Positions 33,290 to 44,001 of a stretch of 64,000 nucleotides of DNA are shown here, in pieces. The translations under genes and the position numbers were made by a program. Each line of letters begins with the position of its first letter. The first letter of the stretch is position 1. The stretch is taken from positions 1,392,800 through 1,456,799 of the forward strand of contig NZ_CP061703.1 in the NCBI RefSeq assembly GCF_014764305.1. Direction: 5' to 3'. The notes under the pieces were generated by a model, which was not told the DNA's origin, did not search any database, and was given only the letters and a program-made list of their open reading frames with translations. The stretch is from Mesoflavibacter profundi. GTDB lineage: Bacteria; Bacteroidota; Bacteroidia; Flavobacteriales; Flavobacteriaceae.

Positions 33290-33501
33290 AATGTGTAAGT
33301 TTTAAAGATGAAATATAGTGTGTTTGAACTTTTTAGGCAATATAAAAATATATTCAATTAACTATTTGCTATAGATTAGTGAGTATATAATCGGTTTTGT
33401 TACACTTTGTAAGAAAATATTTATTTTTAAATATAAATTTTAACATTCTTCAAGATAAAAAATGCATTATAAATTCAAACATATTGTTTAATTTTACACA
33501 T

Positions 33502-34761
33502 ATGTTTGCATTAGTAGATTGTAATAATTTTTATGCCTCTTGTGAGCGCGTATTTAACCCAAATCTTAACGGTAAACCAGTTGCTATACTTAGCAATAAT
33601 GATGGTTGTATCATTGCGCGTAGTGACGAGTGTAAAGCGTTAAATATACCAATGGGCGCACCAATTTTTAAATGGGATACATATTGTAAAGCGCACAATG
33701 TACATGTATTATCTTCAAATTATCCATTGTATGGCGATATGAGTAGTCGTGTTATGTCTATATTAAAACAATTTACACCAGATGTAGAAGTATATAGTAT
33801 AGACGAATCCTTTTTGCAATTTAAAGGATTTGAAAATTACAATCTAAACGATTATGGACAACAAATAAGACAACGTGTTTTAAAATGGACAGGCATACCA
33901 ACCTGTGTAGGCATAGCAACCACAAAAGGGTTAAGTAAGGTCGCTAATAAGATCGCTAGAAAATATCCTAATCAAACAAAAGGCGTTTACGTAATAGATA
34001 CAGAATATAAGCGATTAAAAGCCCTAAAATGGTTGAAAATAGATGATATTTGGGGTATAGGTAGACAGCTATCAAAACGCTTACTTACAAAAGGATGTAA
34101 AACAGCATTAGATTTTGCTAATTTACCAGAAGATTGGGTAAAAGCCAATTTTTCTGTAGTAGAAGCACGGCTACATCGTGATTTAAACGGCGTACCAACA
34201 TTAACATTAGAAGAATATAACCAACCCAAAAAAGCAATAGCAACAACCAGAAGTTTTGATTACACGTATTCAGATATAAATTACATAAAAGAACGCGTAG
34301 CAACCTTTGCAGTAACCTGTGCCGAAAAACTACGCAAACAACACTCGAGTTGTCATACAATAATTGTGTTTTTAAAAAGCGATAAGCATAAAAAAGAACA
34401 ACCGCAATACTCAAAAAGTGTAGCAGTACATTTACCCTATGCAACAAACTCGTCCCTCATTATAAGTAATACAGCAGTAAACACAGCAATACAAATATTT
34501 AAAAAAGGCATACAATATAAAAAAGCAGGCGTAATGGTAACCGGTTTAGTACCAACAGATAATTATCAATTAAACATTTTTGAAAACGAAAACCCAAAAC
34601 ACCAACCGCTAATGCAAACAATAGACAAAATAAATTCAAAATATCACTCAAATAAGATTAAATTAGCAAACCAAGACCTACAACGCACATGGAAGATGCG
34701 TCAAGAACGATTATCACCACGGTATACAACAAATTTTAAAGACATTATCGTAGTAAAGTAA
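33502..34761 (+). CDS. umuC: Y-family translesion DNA polymerase (UmuC-like); start at the in-frame ATG at 33502
   Basis: MFALVDCNNFYASCERVFNP is the canonical Y-family N-terminus carrying the catalytic Asp. Confidence 0.8.
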   Translation: MFALVDCNNFYASCERVFNPNLNGKPVAILSNNDGCIIARSDECKALNIPMGAPIFKWDTYCKAHNVHVLSSNYPLYGDMSSRVMSILKQFTPDVEVYSIDESFLQFKGFENYNLNDYGQQIRQRVLKWTGIPTCVGIATTKGLSKVANKIARKYPNQTKGVYVIDTEYKRLKALKWLKIDDIWGIGRQLSKRLLTKGCKTALDFANLPEDWVKANFSVVEARLHRDLNGVPTLTLEEYNQPKKAIATTRSFDYTYSDINYIKERVATFAVTCAEKLRKQHSSCHTIIVFLKSDKHKKEQPQYSKSVAVHLPYATNSSLIISNTAVNTAIQIFKKGIQYKKAGVMVTGLVPTDNYQLNIFENENPKHQPLMQTIDKINSKYHSNKIKLANQDLQRTWKMRQERLSPRYTTNFKDIIVVK

Positions 34762-34897
34762 AATGAAACAAAGTAAGCAACATACAATTTGGGCGTTACC
34801 GCAAAACGGTCGGGCTTTCGGTAGTCGCAATCAAAGATGTGCTTCAACAATACCTCAATCCCTAACGCGCACATTTGCCAACTAAACGACTAGACCT

Positions 34898-35338
34898 ATG
34901 ATTAAGCACAAATCAGGAAGTTTAACCTTCTTTACGCCAGATGTAAATCTAGACGCATCTGCACATTATTTTGACACAGGTATATCTGCAGGATTTCCAT
35001 CGCCAGCAGACGATTTTAAAGAACATAGATTATCCTTAGACGAAGAGTTAGTAAAAAATAAAGAAGCCACTTTTTATGCACGCGTAAGCGGTCAATCTAT
35101 GATAGGAGCAGGATTAGAAGACAACGATTTGTTAGTTATAGATCGTAGTTTAGAACCAACAAACAACAAAATAGCAGTTTGTTTTTTAGATGGCGAGTTT
35201 ACCGTAAAACGTTTACGTGTAGAAAAAGACGAAGTTTGGCTACAGCCAGAAAATCCTAATTATCCTATAATTAGAATAACCGAAGACAATAACTTTTTAA
35301 TCTGGGGCATTGTTACCAACGTGATTAAAAAAGTATAA
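34898..35338 (+). CDS. umuD: S24 peptidase (UmuD-like SOS mutagenesis protein)
   Basis: A GQSM Ser nucleophile and a VKRL Lys make a LexA/UmuD-type dyad. 146 aa. Confidence 0.75.
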   Translation: MIKHKSGSLTFFTPDVNLDASAHYFDTGISAGFPSPADDFKEHRLSLDEELVKNKEATFYARVSGQSMIGAGLEDNDLLVIDRSLEPTNNKIAVCFLDGEFTVKRLRVEKDEVWLQPENPNYPIIRITEDNNFLIWGIVTNVIKKV

Positions 35339-35350
35339 TAATTATAAACT

Positions 35351-35383
35351 AAAAACGCGAAGCATATGCTTCGCGTTTTTTAT
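35351..35383. terminator. Bidirectional rho-independent terminator
   Basis: Hairpin aaaaacgcgaagcatatgcttcgcgtttttt. Confidence 0.6.
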
Positions 35384-35404
35384 GATTAAATAAATTGTAA
35401 AGTC

Positions 35405-35683
35405 TTAATCAGCCAATACAATTACTTTATTGTCCTTCATTTCTATTGTACCAGAATTAATGCTTAACAAAGTAGTATTTTTATCGCCTTTAGTAAAGCG
35501 ATCTTCTACAGCTTCATCTAACTCTATATTACCAGTAATTTTAACAGTACCTTCTTTTAATATAGAGACAATAGGAGCGTGATTGTTTAACATCTCAAAG
35601 TCTCCGTTTAAACCAGGTACGGTAACACTAGTTACTTCTCCGCTAAATAAAGTAGCTTCTGGTGATACAATTTCTAAATACAT
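35405..35683 (-). CDS. atpC: F0F1 ATP synthase epsilon subunit
   Basis: 92 aa protein (LEIVSPEATLFSGEV...) lying downstream of atpD. Confidence 0.85.
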   Translation of the reverse strand: MYLEIVSPEATLFSGEVTSVTVPGLNGDFEMLNNHAPIVSILKEGTVKITGNIELDEAVEDRFTKGDKNTTLLSINSGTIEMKDNKVIVLAD

Positions 35684-35760
35684 ATTTTTCTAGTTTGCAG
35701 TTTACTGTCTAAGGTTTGCAGTCGCATTAAGGACTGAATACTTAATACAGCTAACTGATT

Positions 35761-37272
<1,512 letters not shown>

Positions 37273-37385
37273 TTATCTATTTAATATTATGGTATTTAAT
37301 TGAATGAAAACTACTTCTGTTTTCGCGTGCAAAGATAGGTGTTTTTATTTAAAATAAAAGTCCTTTTTTTCTTTTTTGAATATAA

Positions 37386-37418
37386 AAAAACACCTTAGGT
37401 TATAAGGTGTTTTTTATT
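37386..37418. terminator. Rho-independent terminator
   Basis: Hairpin aaaaaacaccttaggttataaggtgtttttt. Confidence 0.5.
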
Positions 37419-37435
37419 TAATATTATTTATTTAC

Positions 37436-38905
37436 TTATTGTAGTGTTGCAGAATAAGTAGTATTATAATTGCTAATATCTACTAGGTTACCAGACGCTT
37501 CAAAATTTGATCCATATTTAGCGTCTATTGCCTTAAGAAACTCATTTGCTATTAATGCATATCCTCTAGAATTTGGATGTACTCCATCTAATGAAAATGC
37601 ACCACCTGTTACAAGATCTGCAGTTAAAATGTATCCGTTTGAAGGTATACCTCCATTAGCTAACTGATTTAATAACGTATTAGCATCTACAATAGCTAAA
37701 CCTGCATTGTTTGCTGCCGATTCTATTGTAGCATTAAAACTTGCTGTTGCAGTTGCAATTTCTGACTGCTCTTCAGGTGTTAATGCCCATCTGTCTTCTA
37801 GTGGGATTTGAGTTCCATAACCTTGTGGAATTAAAGAAGATAGAGGTAATACAAATAAGTCTGCAGCTGTTGCTTGTCTATAATTTGGTATACCAAAACC
37901 AGTTAAGTTTGTTAAATTCTCATCTACTAACACCATAGCATTGTTTTCTCCAGCTGAGAAAGTAATTGTTCTTCTATCTACTTCTTCTTGAGTTAATAAA
38001 TTATTAGCTAAAGCGAATTGTAAACCAGCGTTGTAATTAAGATACCCTTGATTAAGAGCAGTAGCAGTATCTTGATCTAACGGTACTGGATTGTAAGGTA
38101 CAGTTGTAAAATGAGGTATTGAAGTTACATCAGGAATGTTTGCTACAACACCTTGAGAAGTTCCTGAAGTTAAGGTACTTATTAGTGTTGAATATGCAAA
38201 ATCAAAAGTTGTTTGATCTGTAATAGGATCTGAACCATCACCACCAGATAAAGCATAACCAAGTACATCATTATTTCCTATCCATAATGAGAAAAACGTT
38301 GGTGATTGAGCCATAGCATCTGCAATTACAGATGTATTTGTTGAACTAGCCATTCTTACAAAATATGGATTTGCAGTAGCAGGTGAAGTAAATAATCCAT
38401 TTAAATCTCCATAACCTGGTGCTAATAGATGAAAACTTTTAGCTCCTGGTACACCCATATTATTAAACGGTCCGGTAGGATTGTTTAACACAATATCTGT
38501 AGTAATTGTAGCCATAGGATTAAGATCTGTTAAAGATACTGGTCCAGAACCATCAAACACTAATCTAGGACCAAATCCTGGAAGTTGATTTCCTCCAGCT
38601 AATAATCCACCAGTATTATCGTTAGTTAATGGCTGCGTAAAACTACCTCCACCAACTAAAGAAAATTGTGAAGATAAAATATTTGGCATTGAGTTTTCTT
38701 GAGATATTCTATATAATGCACCATCAGAAAATCCAGCAGTTAATGAGTTTCCTAAAGAAACATAAGTTGAAAAGTTGGCACTACCAGCATTTAATTCTGG
38801 TAATGGTTCTGACATTTCTTCTGTATTATTATCATCATCACTACAAGCTGTTAAACTTATAGCAGCAGCGATAAACCATATATATTTTAATTTTTTCATT
38901 TTCAT
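37436..38905 (-). CDS. SGNH/GDSL-hydrolase-like lipoprotein
   Basis: Signal peptide with a cysteine, and a GNSLTAGFSDG GDSL-type motif. It is co-oriented downstream of a TonB-dependent receptor. Confidence 0.5.
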   Translation of the reverse strand: MKMKKLKYIWFIAAAISLTACSDDDNNTEEMSEPLPELNAGSANFSTYVSLGNSLTAGFSDGALYRISQENSMPNILSSQFSLVGGGSFTQPLTNDNTGGLLAGGNQLPGFGPRLVFDGSGPVSLTDLNPMATITTDIVLNNPTGPFNNMGVPGAKSFHLLAPGYGDLNGLFTSPATANPYFVRMASSTNTSVIADAMAQSPTFFSLWIGNNDVLGYALSGGDGSDPITDQTTFDFAYSTLISTLTSGTSQGVVANIPDVTSIPHFTTVPYNPVPLDQDTATALNQGYLNYNAGLQFALANNLLTQEEVDRRTITFSAGENNAMVLVDENLTNLTGFGIPNYRQATAADLFVLPLSSLIPQGYGTQIPLEDRWALTPEEQSEIATATASFNATIESAANNAGLAIVDANTLLNQLANGGIPSNGYILTADLVTGGAFSLDGVHPNSRGYALIANEFLKAIDAKYGSNFEASGNLVDISNYNTTYSATLQ

Positions 38906-38910
38906 TAATT

Positions 38911-41673
38911 TTATAAGTTATTTATAGTCCAAGATAAATAGTATTGAGATCCTATAAATCCTGTACCAAATGCTGTGAAGTATTCATCACCTAAAATGTT
39001 TGTTGCACCAGCCTTAAAAGTAGATTTAATACTAGGAACTCTGTAGTTTATTTGTGCATCAATTGTGTGGTAAGCAGGGATTTCTCCATCACCAAAAGAA
39101 GCTTCCCAGAAATAAGCATCGCTCCATCTCCAAGCTAAATTAAATCCAAAGTTTTTAAATAATTCAGTATTACCGAAACTTGCTTTTACTTTATGTTCTG
39201 GTGTGTTAAAATTAGTTCTAAAATCAGGATTAGCTTCCGTATCAAAGTCTAACTTAGCATAAGTATAGTTAAATCCTAAATCAAAATCTCCAAGAACTTT
39301 AGTGTTTACACCCAATGCTGCACCATAAGAATTAACATTTGCATCTGAATTAGTATAAGTTTGATAGGCTTGATAATCTCCGTTTTGAATAGCTAGTAAC
39401 GATAATGAATTATCTCCAACTGTTCCATAGAAAGGTGCTATTACTGTTTCATTAGCTAAAAAATCTTTGTATGTGTTATAGTATGCACTTACATCTAAGA
39501 TCACTTTATTAAGCTTACCTCTATACCCTAATTCAAATGAAGTTACTTGTTCTGGTTGAGCAAAATTTGAATTTCCAACTTTTAAGTCTGCCGGATTTGT
39601 TGAAGCTGCAAAATCTTGAACTGAATTTGCTAGGTATGAATTTGTGTATGCATTTAAACCTGAGAATTGTATGCTACTAGAACCAGTAAATGTTTGTCCT
39701 GCAGGACTTACATCATAAGTATCTACATATCTTTGAGGATTGTCAGGAGCACTTCCAACTAGTACAGCTCTTCCAACATCTAAACCAATATATAAATCTT
39801 GAGTTGTTGGATTTCTGAATCCAGTTTGTACTGACGCACGTATGTTGTGGTCTTTATTAACTGTAAAACCTAATGATAATCTTGGAGAGAAGAAGCCGTC
39901 AAACAGTTCTGATTTATCGTATCTTACTGATCCTGTTGCTTTTAATTCTACACTTTCGCTTAAATCAAATTCCTTCTGGATTTGAGTATATACACCAACT
40001 TCTGAGTAATCTATAGGACCATCGTTATCTGTATAAATTGTACCGAAAGAGTTTAACTTATACTTTCTGTAAGATCCTCCTACTTGTATTTCAGCAAATT
40101 TAATTATATCGCTAAAGTTATAATTCGCATCTGCATGATATATTTTTGAGTTATCTTGAAATTTTGATCCTGTACTTAAATCTGGATCTCTTGTAACTTT
40201 GTTAAAAGCATTTTTAAATTGTGGAGTTCCAGGTAAATATCTTCCTGTATCAGCAGCTGCTCTTGCAGCGTCATGTTTTTGTTGTTCTGATAAACCTAAA
40301 GGGTTACCACTTAGCTCTATTCCAGCATAAGTAGCTATATAATCTCCAAACCAATCTGCATCACTTTTCCAAAATCTGTTAATATTAATACCGGTAAAGA
40401 CCATATCATAAGAGTCTCCCGCTTTATCTTCAGTTACATAACCTCTTACAAAGAAATTTTTATCTCTAATTTCTAGTTTATGTTGCTGTAAAAAGAAGTT
40501 ATTAATATTGTATCTGTTAGCACCTTGATAAATAGTGTTACCAGATCCTACTTTACCTACATAAGCAATTTCAAAATCACTATCCTTAATTGGTCTATAA
40601 TATACTCCCCAATCTGCTTTTACGCTTTCTGCATTATAGTTAGTTAAGTCACGCTCATTATAACCTGTTCTACTAACTGTAACATCAGGTATGATTCCAA
40701 GACCAGAAGCGGCTCTAATATTTGTAGATACTTCATCACCATAAACATTTATTCCATCATAGTCATAATCTGCTCTTGTAAGACCTCTATTTAATTTGTC
40801 TTTTTCACTTGTAGCTGCCCAATCTGTTCCTTTTAAATATCCAAAGTTTACTTTAACTGCAAATTTATCTGAAAACTTATGAGCCATTCTTATTCCTAAA
40901 TCAGTTAAAGTGTTGTCTCCAGCTGCTTCTTGAGATGTAATACCTCTTTTTATGTAACCACTAATTCCTTCATGGTCAAATGGGCTTTTACTTCTCATAA
41001 AAAGTATACCGTTAAATGCATTTGCACCGTAAAGCGCAGATGAAGCACCTGGTAATAATTCTACACTTTGAACATCTGTTTCTGTCATACCTAATAAGTT
41101 ACCTAAAGGGAAGTTTAAGGCAGGAGCAGAGTTGTCCATTCCGTCTACTAATTGCATGAAACGAGTATTTGCAAATGTTGCAAAACCACGAGTATTTATA
41201 GATTTAAAAGTTAAACTATTGGTGTTAATGTCTACACCTTTTAAATTTTCTAAACCATCATAAAAATCTACAGAAGCTGTGTTTTTTATTTCTTTTAAAC
41301 CAAAACGTTCTACGGTTACTGGAGATTCAAAAATACGTTCTGGAGTTCTTGATGCTGAAATAACAACTTCATCTAAAGATGTTCCTTCGGTTAGAACGAT
41401 ATTTATTGTTTGATTGTTTGAAGTAATTTCTGCATCCTTACTTGTAAACCCAACACTACTTACTTGAATTGTAAATGGTGGTGTTTGATCTGTTGTTAAT
41501 GAGAAATTTCCATCAAAGTCGGTTACTGTACCTTCTGATGTACCGACTATAATAACATTGGCGCTAGGTATTGGTTGATTACTTACATCATCTACCACTG
41601 TACCTGTTATTGTTGTTTGTGCAAATGATACTACACAAAAAAACAACATTACAATTTTTAGGGTTGTTTTCAT
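38911..41673 (-). CDS. TonB-dependent receptor with CarbopepD_reg-like N-terminus
   Basis: 920 aa with signal peptide, plug and barrel. Confidence 0.8.
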   Translation of the reverse strand: MKTTLKIVMLFFCVVSFAQTTITGTVVDDVSNQPIPSANVIIVGTSEGTVTDFDGNFSLTTDQTPPFTIQVSSVGFTSKDAEITSNNQTINIVLTEGTSLDEVVISASRTPERIFESPVTVERFGLKEIKNTASVDFYDGLENLKGVDINTNSLTFKSINTRGFATFANTRFMQLVDGMDNSAPALNFPLGNLLGMTETDVQSVELLPGASSALYGANAFNGILFMRSKSPFDHEGISGYIKRGITSQEAAGDNTLTDLGIRMAHKFSDKFAVKVNFGYLKGTDWAATSEKDKLNRGLTRADYDYDGINVYGDEVSTNIRAASGLGIIPDVTVSRTGYNERDLTNYNAESVKADWGVYYRPIKDSDFEIAYVGKVGSGNTIYQGANRYNINNFFLQQHKLEIRDKNFFVRGYVTEDKAGDSYDMVFTGININRFWKSDADWFGDYIATYAGIELSGNPLGLSEQQKHDAARAAADTGRYLPGTPQFKNAFNKVTRDPDLSTGSKFQDNSKIYHADANYNFSDIIKFAEIQVGGSYRKYKLNSFGTIYTDNDGPIDYSEVGVYTQIQKEFDLSESVELKATGSVRYDKSELFDGFFSPRLSLGFTVNKDHNIRASVQTGFRNPTTQDLYIGLDVGRAVLVGSAPDNPQRYVDTYDVSPAGQTFTGSSSIQFSGLNAYTNSYLANSVQDFAASTNPADLKVGNSNFAQPEQVTSFELGYRGKLNKVILDVSAYYNTYKDFLANETVIAPFYGTVGDNSLSLLAIQNGDYQAYQTYTNSDANVNSYGAALGVNTKVLGDFDLGFNYTYAKLDFDTEANPDFRTNFNTPEHKVKASFGNTELFKNFGFNLAWRWSDAYFWEASFGDGEIPAYHTIDAQINYRVPSIKSTFKAGATNILGDEYFTAFGTGFIGSQYYLSWTINNL

Positions 41674-41820
41674 TTTCTAGATTTAGTTAAATTATGCAGG
41701 CAATATACGTTTTTTAACTATATCTTAAAAAAAAGTGAAAGAAAATTATGCGTGCATAATATGTTTTTATGAAAAAAATAAGCTTCAAAATCAATTATTC
41801 TTAAAAACCAAAGGTCATTT

Positions 41821-42219
41821 TTGAATAATTTAAACTTTGAAGCTTTTCTTGAATGTATATTGATTTTTTATTCAACCGTAACGGAATGTTCTCCAACGGG
41901 ACAACACTCAGCACCTATTAAACCTATATACTCACTTAATATGTCTGTAAGTTTATCATCATCTAATCTATGGACATCAACTTACAGTCCATATCAGCAA
42001 GAACTTTTTGATATCATAAGTAAGTTTCATGAGAAAGATGGATGGAACTTTAAACAGATATCGGATTGGTTGATTGAGAACAATTATAAAACACCTAGAG
42101 GTAAGACGTTCACTCACACGCATTGTTGGAGTATTTATAAGAAGAAGAGCAAAAGCATTCAGAGGTTCAGTCGAGAGTTCGAACCTACAATAACGGATGT
42201 AAAGATTAATCAGATTTAA
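41821..42219 (+). pseudogene. Duplicated 3' fragment of the recombinase-domain ORF at 57328..57999 (last about 114 codons identical, unique 18-codon TTG-initiated N-terminus)
   Basis: The protein is identical to the C-terminus of the 223-aa ORF from VTECSPTGQ... onward. Confidence 0.6.
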
Positions 42220-42840
42220 TTAGGCAGAAAGATTAGTTGTCATGGCATTCTTTACCTTATATATGTAGTTAGGTGAGCATTCAACGATTCGACTAATCTT
42301 TCTGATTCCTATATCTTCATTAAGTAAGGTCATTATCTTTTGAACTTTTGGTTTAGATAAGAAGGTCTCAACACTTTCTGTACTACCGATTTTTCGTCCT
42401 TTATATTTACCATCTAATTTAGCACGTTCAATTCCTGCTAATGTTTTTTCTCTAGTCTGGTGGTATTGGAACTCACTAATCGAGCTTAATATATTAATAA
42501 GCAAGTTAGACATCACGCTCTCTTTACCATCAATAAGAGTAGTTATACCCTCATTTTGCGATGTGATAGGCACATTATAGCTATGGATAGTTTTAATGGT
42601 TTTAAGTATGTCCTCTAGGTCTCTTCCAAGACGGTCGATACGAAGGACTATCACTTGATTAATCTTACCGTTTGCAATATCCTCAATAAGTCGCTTACCA
42701 CTTGGACGTTCGAGGAATGGGATACGACCGCTGACACCTTTATCTTCATACACCTTCCAACCATCTTCAATTTTATCAATTTGAGTTCCGATGTTTTGAA
42801 GGTAGTGAGATGTTCTTAGGTAGTATCCAATATTGCTCAT
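42220..42840 (-). CDS. Serine recombinase, resolvase/invertase family (copy 1)
   Basis: 206 aa with a presumed Ser nucleophile in YLRTSH, the motif VLRIDRLGRD and a C-terminal HTH. It is 100% identical to the copy at 56707..57327. Confidence 0.85.
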   Translation of the reverse strand: MSNIGYYLRTSHYLQNIGTQIDKIEDGWKVYEDKGVSGRIPFLERPSGKRLIEDIANGKINQVIVLRIDRLGRDLEDILKTIKTIHSYNVPITSQNEGITTLIDGKESVMSNLLINILSSISEFQYHQTREKTLAGIERAKLDGKYKGRKIGSTESVETFLSKPKVQKIMTLLNEDIGIRKISRIVECSPNYIYKVKNAMTTNLSA

Positions 42841-42970
42841 AAATGTTATTAATTTAGGTTGTATTAAATAATAACACTAATATAGTGATAATTCCCTGAC
42901 AAGTGTATGTTTACGGCAATTATCTTATCGTGATTATGTATATTGAATAGATTAGACTTTTAAATAATAA

Positions 42971-43039
42971 CATTACAAATTTTGACCTGTGATAGAACTT
43001 TAATTAGTAATCTAAAAGTACAGGTCAAAATTTGTAATG
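42971..43039. promoter_or_regulatory. Perfect 20-bp inverted repeat (cattacaaattttgacctgt / acaggtcaaaatttgtaatg) with a 29-bp spacer, upstream of the recombinase gene; candidate recombination or operator site
   Basis: The dyad symmetry is read directly from the sequence. A mirrored copy lies at 56508..56576. Confidence 0.4.
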
Positions 43040-43182
43040 CAAGTGTCTGGTTTAACTTTTAATAAAGAGTTTTGTGACTATTATATAATTGGTATGACAT
43101 TGCCAAAATTAAAATGGATAGTTTGGTATAATGTTTATCGGGTTTTTCATATATTTAAGTGTAAATAATAACATATAAATAT

Positions 43183-43671
43183 TTGAGTAAAACAAACAAA
43201 AAAATCCTATACATTGACATGGACAATGTATTGGTAGACTTCCGTTCTGCATTCCCTTTTTTAGACAATAGTATAAAAGAGAAATATAAAGATAACATGG
43301 ATGAAATAGAGGGAATTTTTTCTCTTATGAAGCCGATGAAAGATTCAATAAATTCCTTTGAAATACTTTCAAAACATTTTGATGTATACATACTTTCCAC
43401 TAGTCCTTGGGATAACCCAACCGCAGCATCTGAAAAAGTATCATGGGTAAAAAAATATTTACCTGAATTAGCCTATAAAAGATTGATTTTATCTCATAAC
43501 AAACATTTGAACCATGGCGATTACATTATTGACGATAGGCTCGCAAATGGGGTTGACCGTTTTTCAGGCGAACATATCCATTTTGGACAAGAGAACTTCA
43601 AAGATTGGCATTCGGTCGTGAAGTATTTATTAATTAAAGAAAGAATTAATGAACCAGAGTTTGAAAAATAA
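43183..43671 (+). CDS. HAD-superfamily 5'(3')-deoxyribonucleotidase (NT5C family)
   Basis: YIDMDNVLVDF is a DxDxV HAD motif I, and size and spacing match NT5C-like nucleotidases. Confidence 0.55.
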   Translation: MSKTNKKILYIDMDNVLVDFRSAFPFLDNSIKEKYKDNMDEIEGIFSLMKPMKDSINSFEILSKHFDVYILSTSPWDNPTAASEKVSWVKKYLPELAYKRLILSHNKHLNHGDYIIDDRLANGVDRFSGEHIHFGQENFKDWHSVVKYLLIKERINEPEFEK

Positions 43672-43999
43672 GATTTTAGAAAAACAAATTTTTGAAGGAC
43701 TTACAAATTTGAATACAGGTTGGGATGCTCCGACAATAGCATATTTCTCTGAAACTGATTTTAAAACTGTTCTAGAGAGAATTGAAAAGATGAATTTCGG
43801 AATTTACGGAATAGAACCATGGACTGAGGATAATCACTATTTTGATGTAAAGTTATTTGATGATTATTCAAACAAACCAAATGACCCATTGTGGTATAAC
43901 AAAGCTTTTAGTGAGTTTAGAAAAACAGGTGAAGAACTAAAGTATTCAGCTAGTTATTATGTCCCAGAAGAGCTGTTAATTTTTGATTTAAATTTTTAA
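43649..43999 (+). CDS. Hypothetical protein (overlaps the previous gene by 23 bp)
   Basis: Only ORF-level evidence. Confidence 0.35.
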   Translation: MNQSLKNKILEKQIFEGLTNLNTGWDAPTIAYFSETDFKTVLERIEKMNFGIYGIEPWTEDNHYFDVKLFDDYSNKPNDPLWYNKAFSEFRKTGEELKYSASYYVPEELLIFDLNF

Positions 44000-44001
44000 C
44001 A

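Larger units (their letters stand above)
41875..43127. repeat. Left arm of a perfect 1253-bp inverted repeat (partner 56420..57672)
   Basis: I aligned the reverse complement of 56420..57672 by eye and found it identical across all checked segments, with abrupt loss of identity at both ends. Confidence 0.9.
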
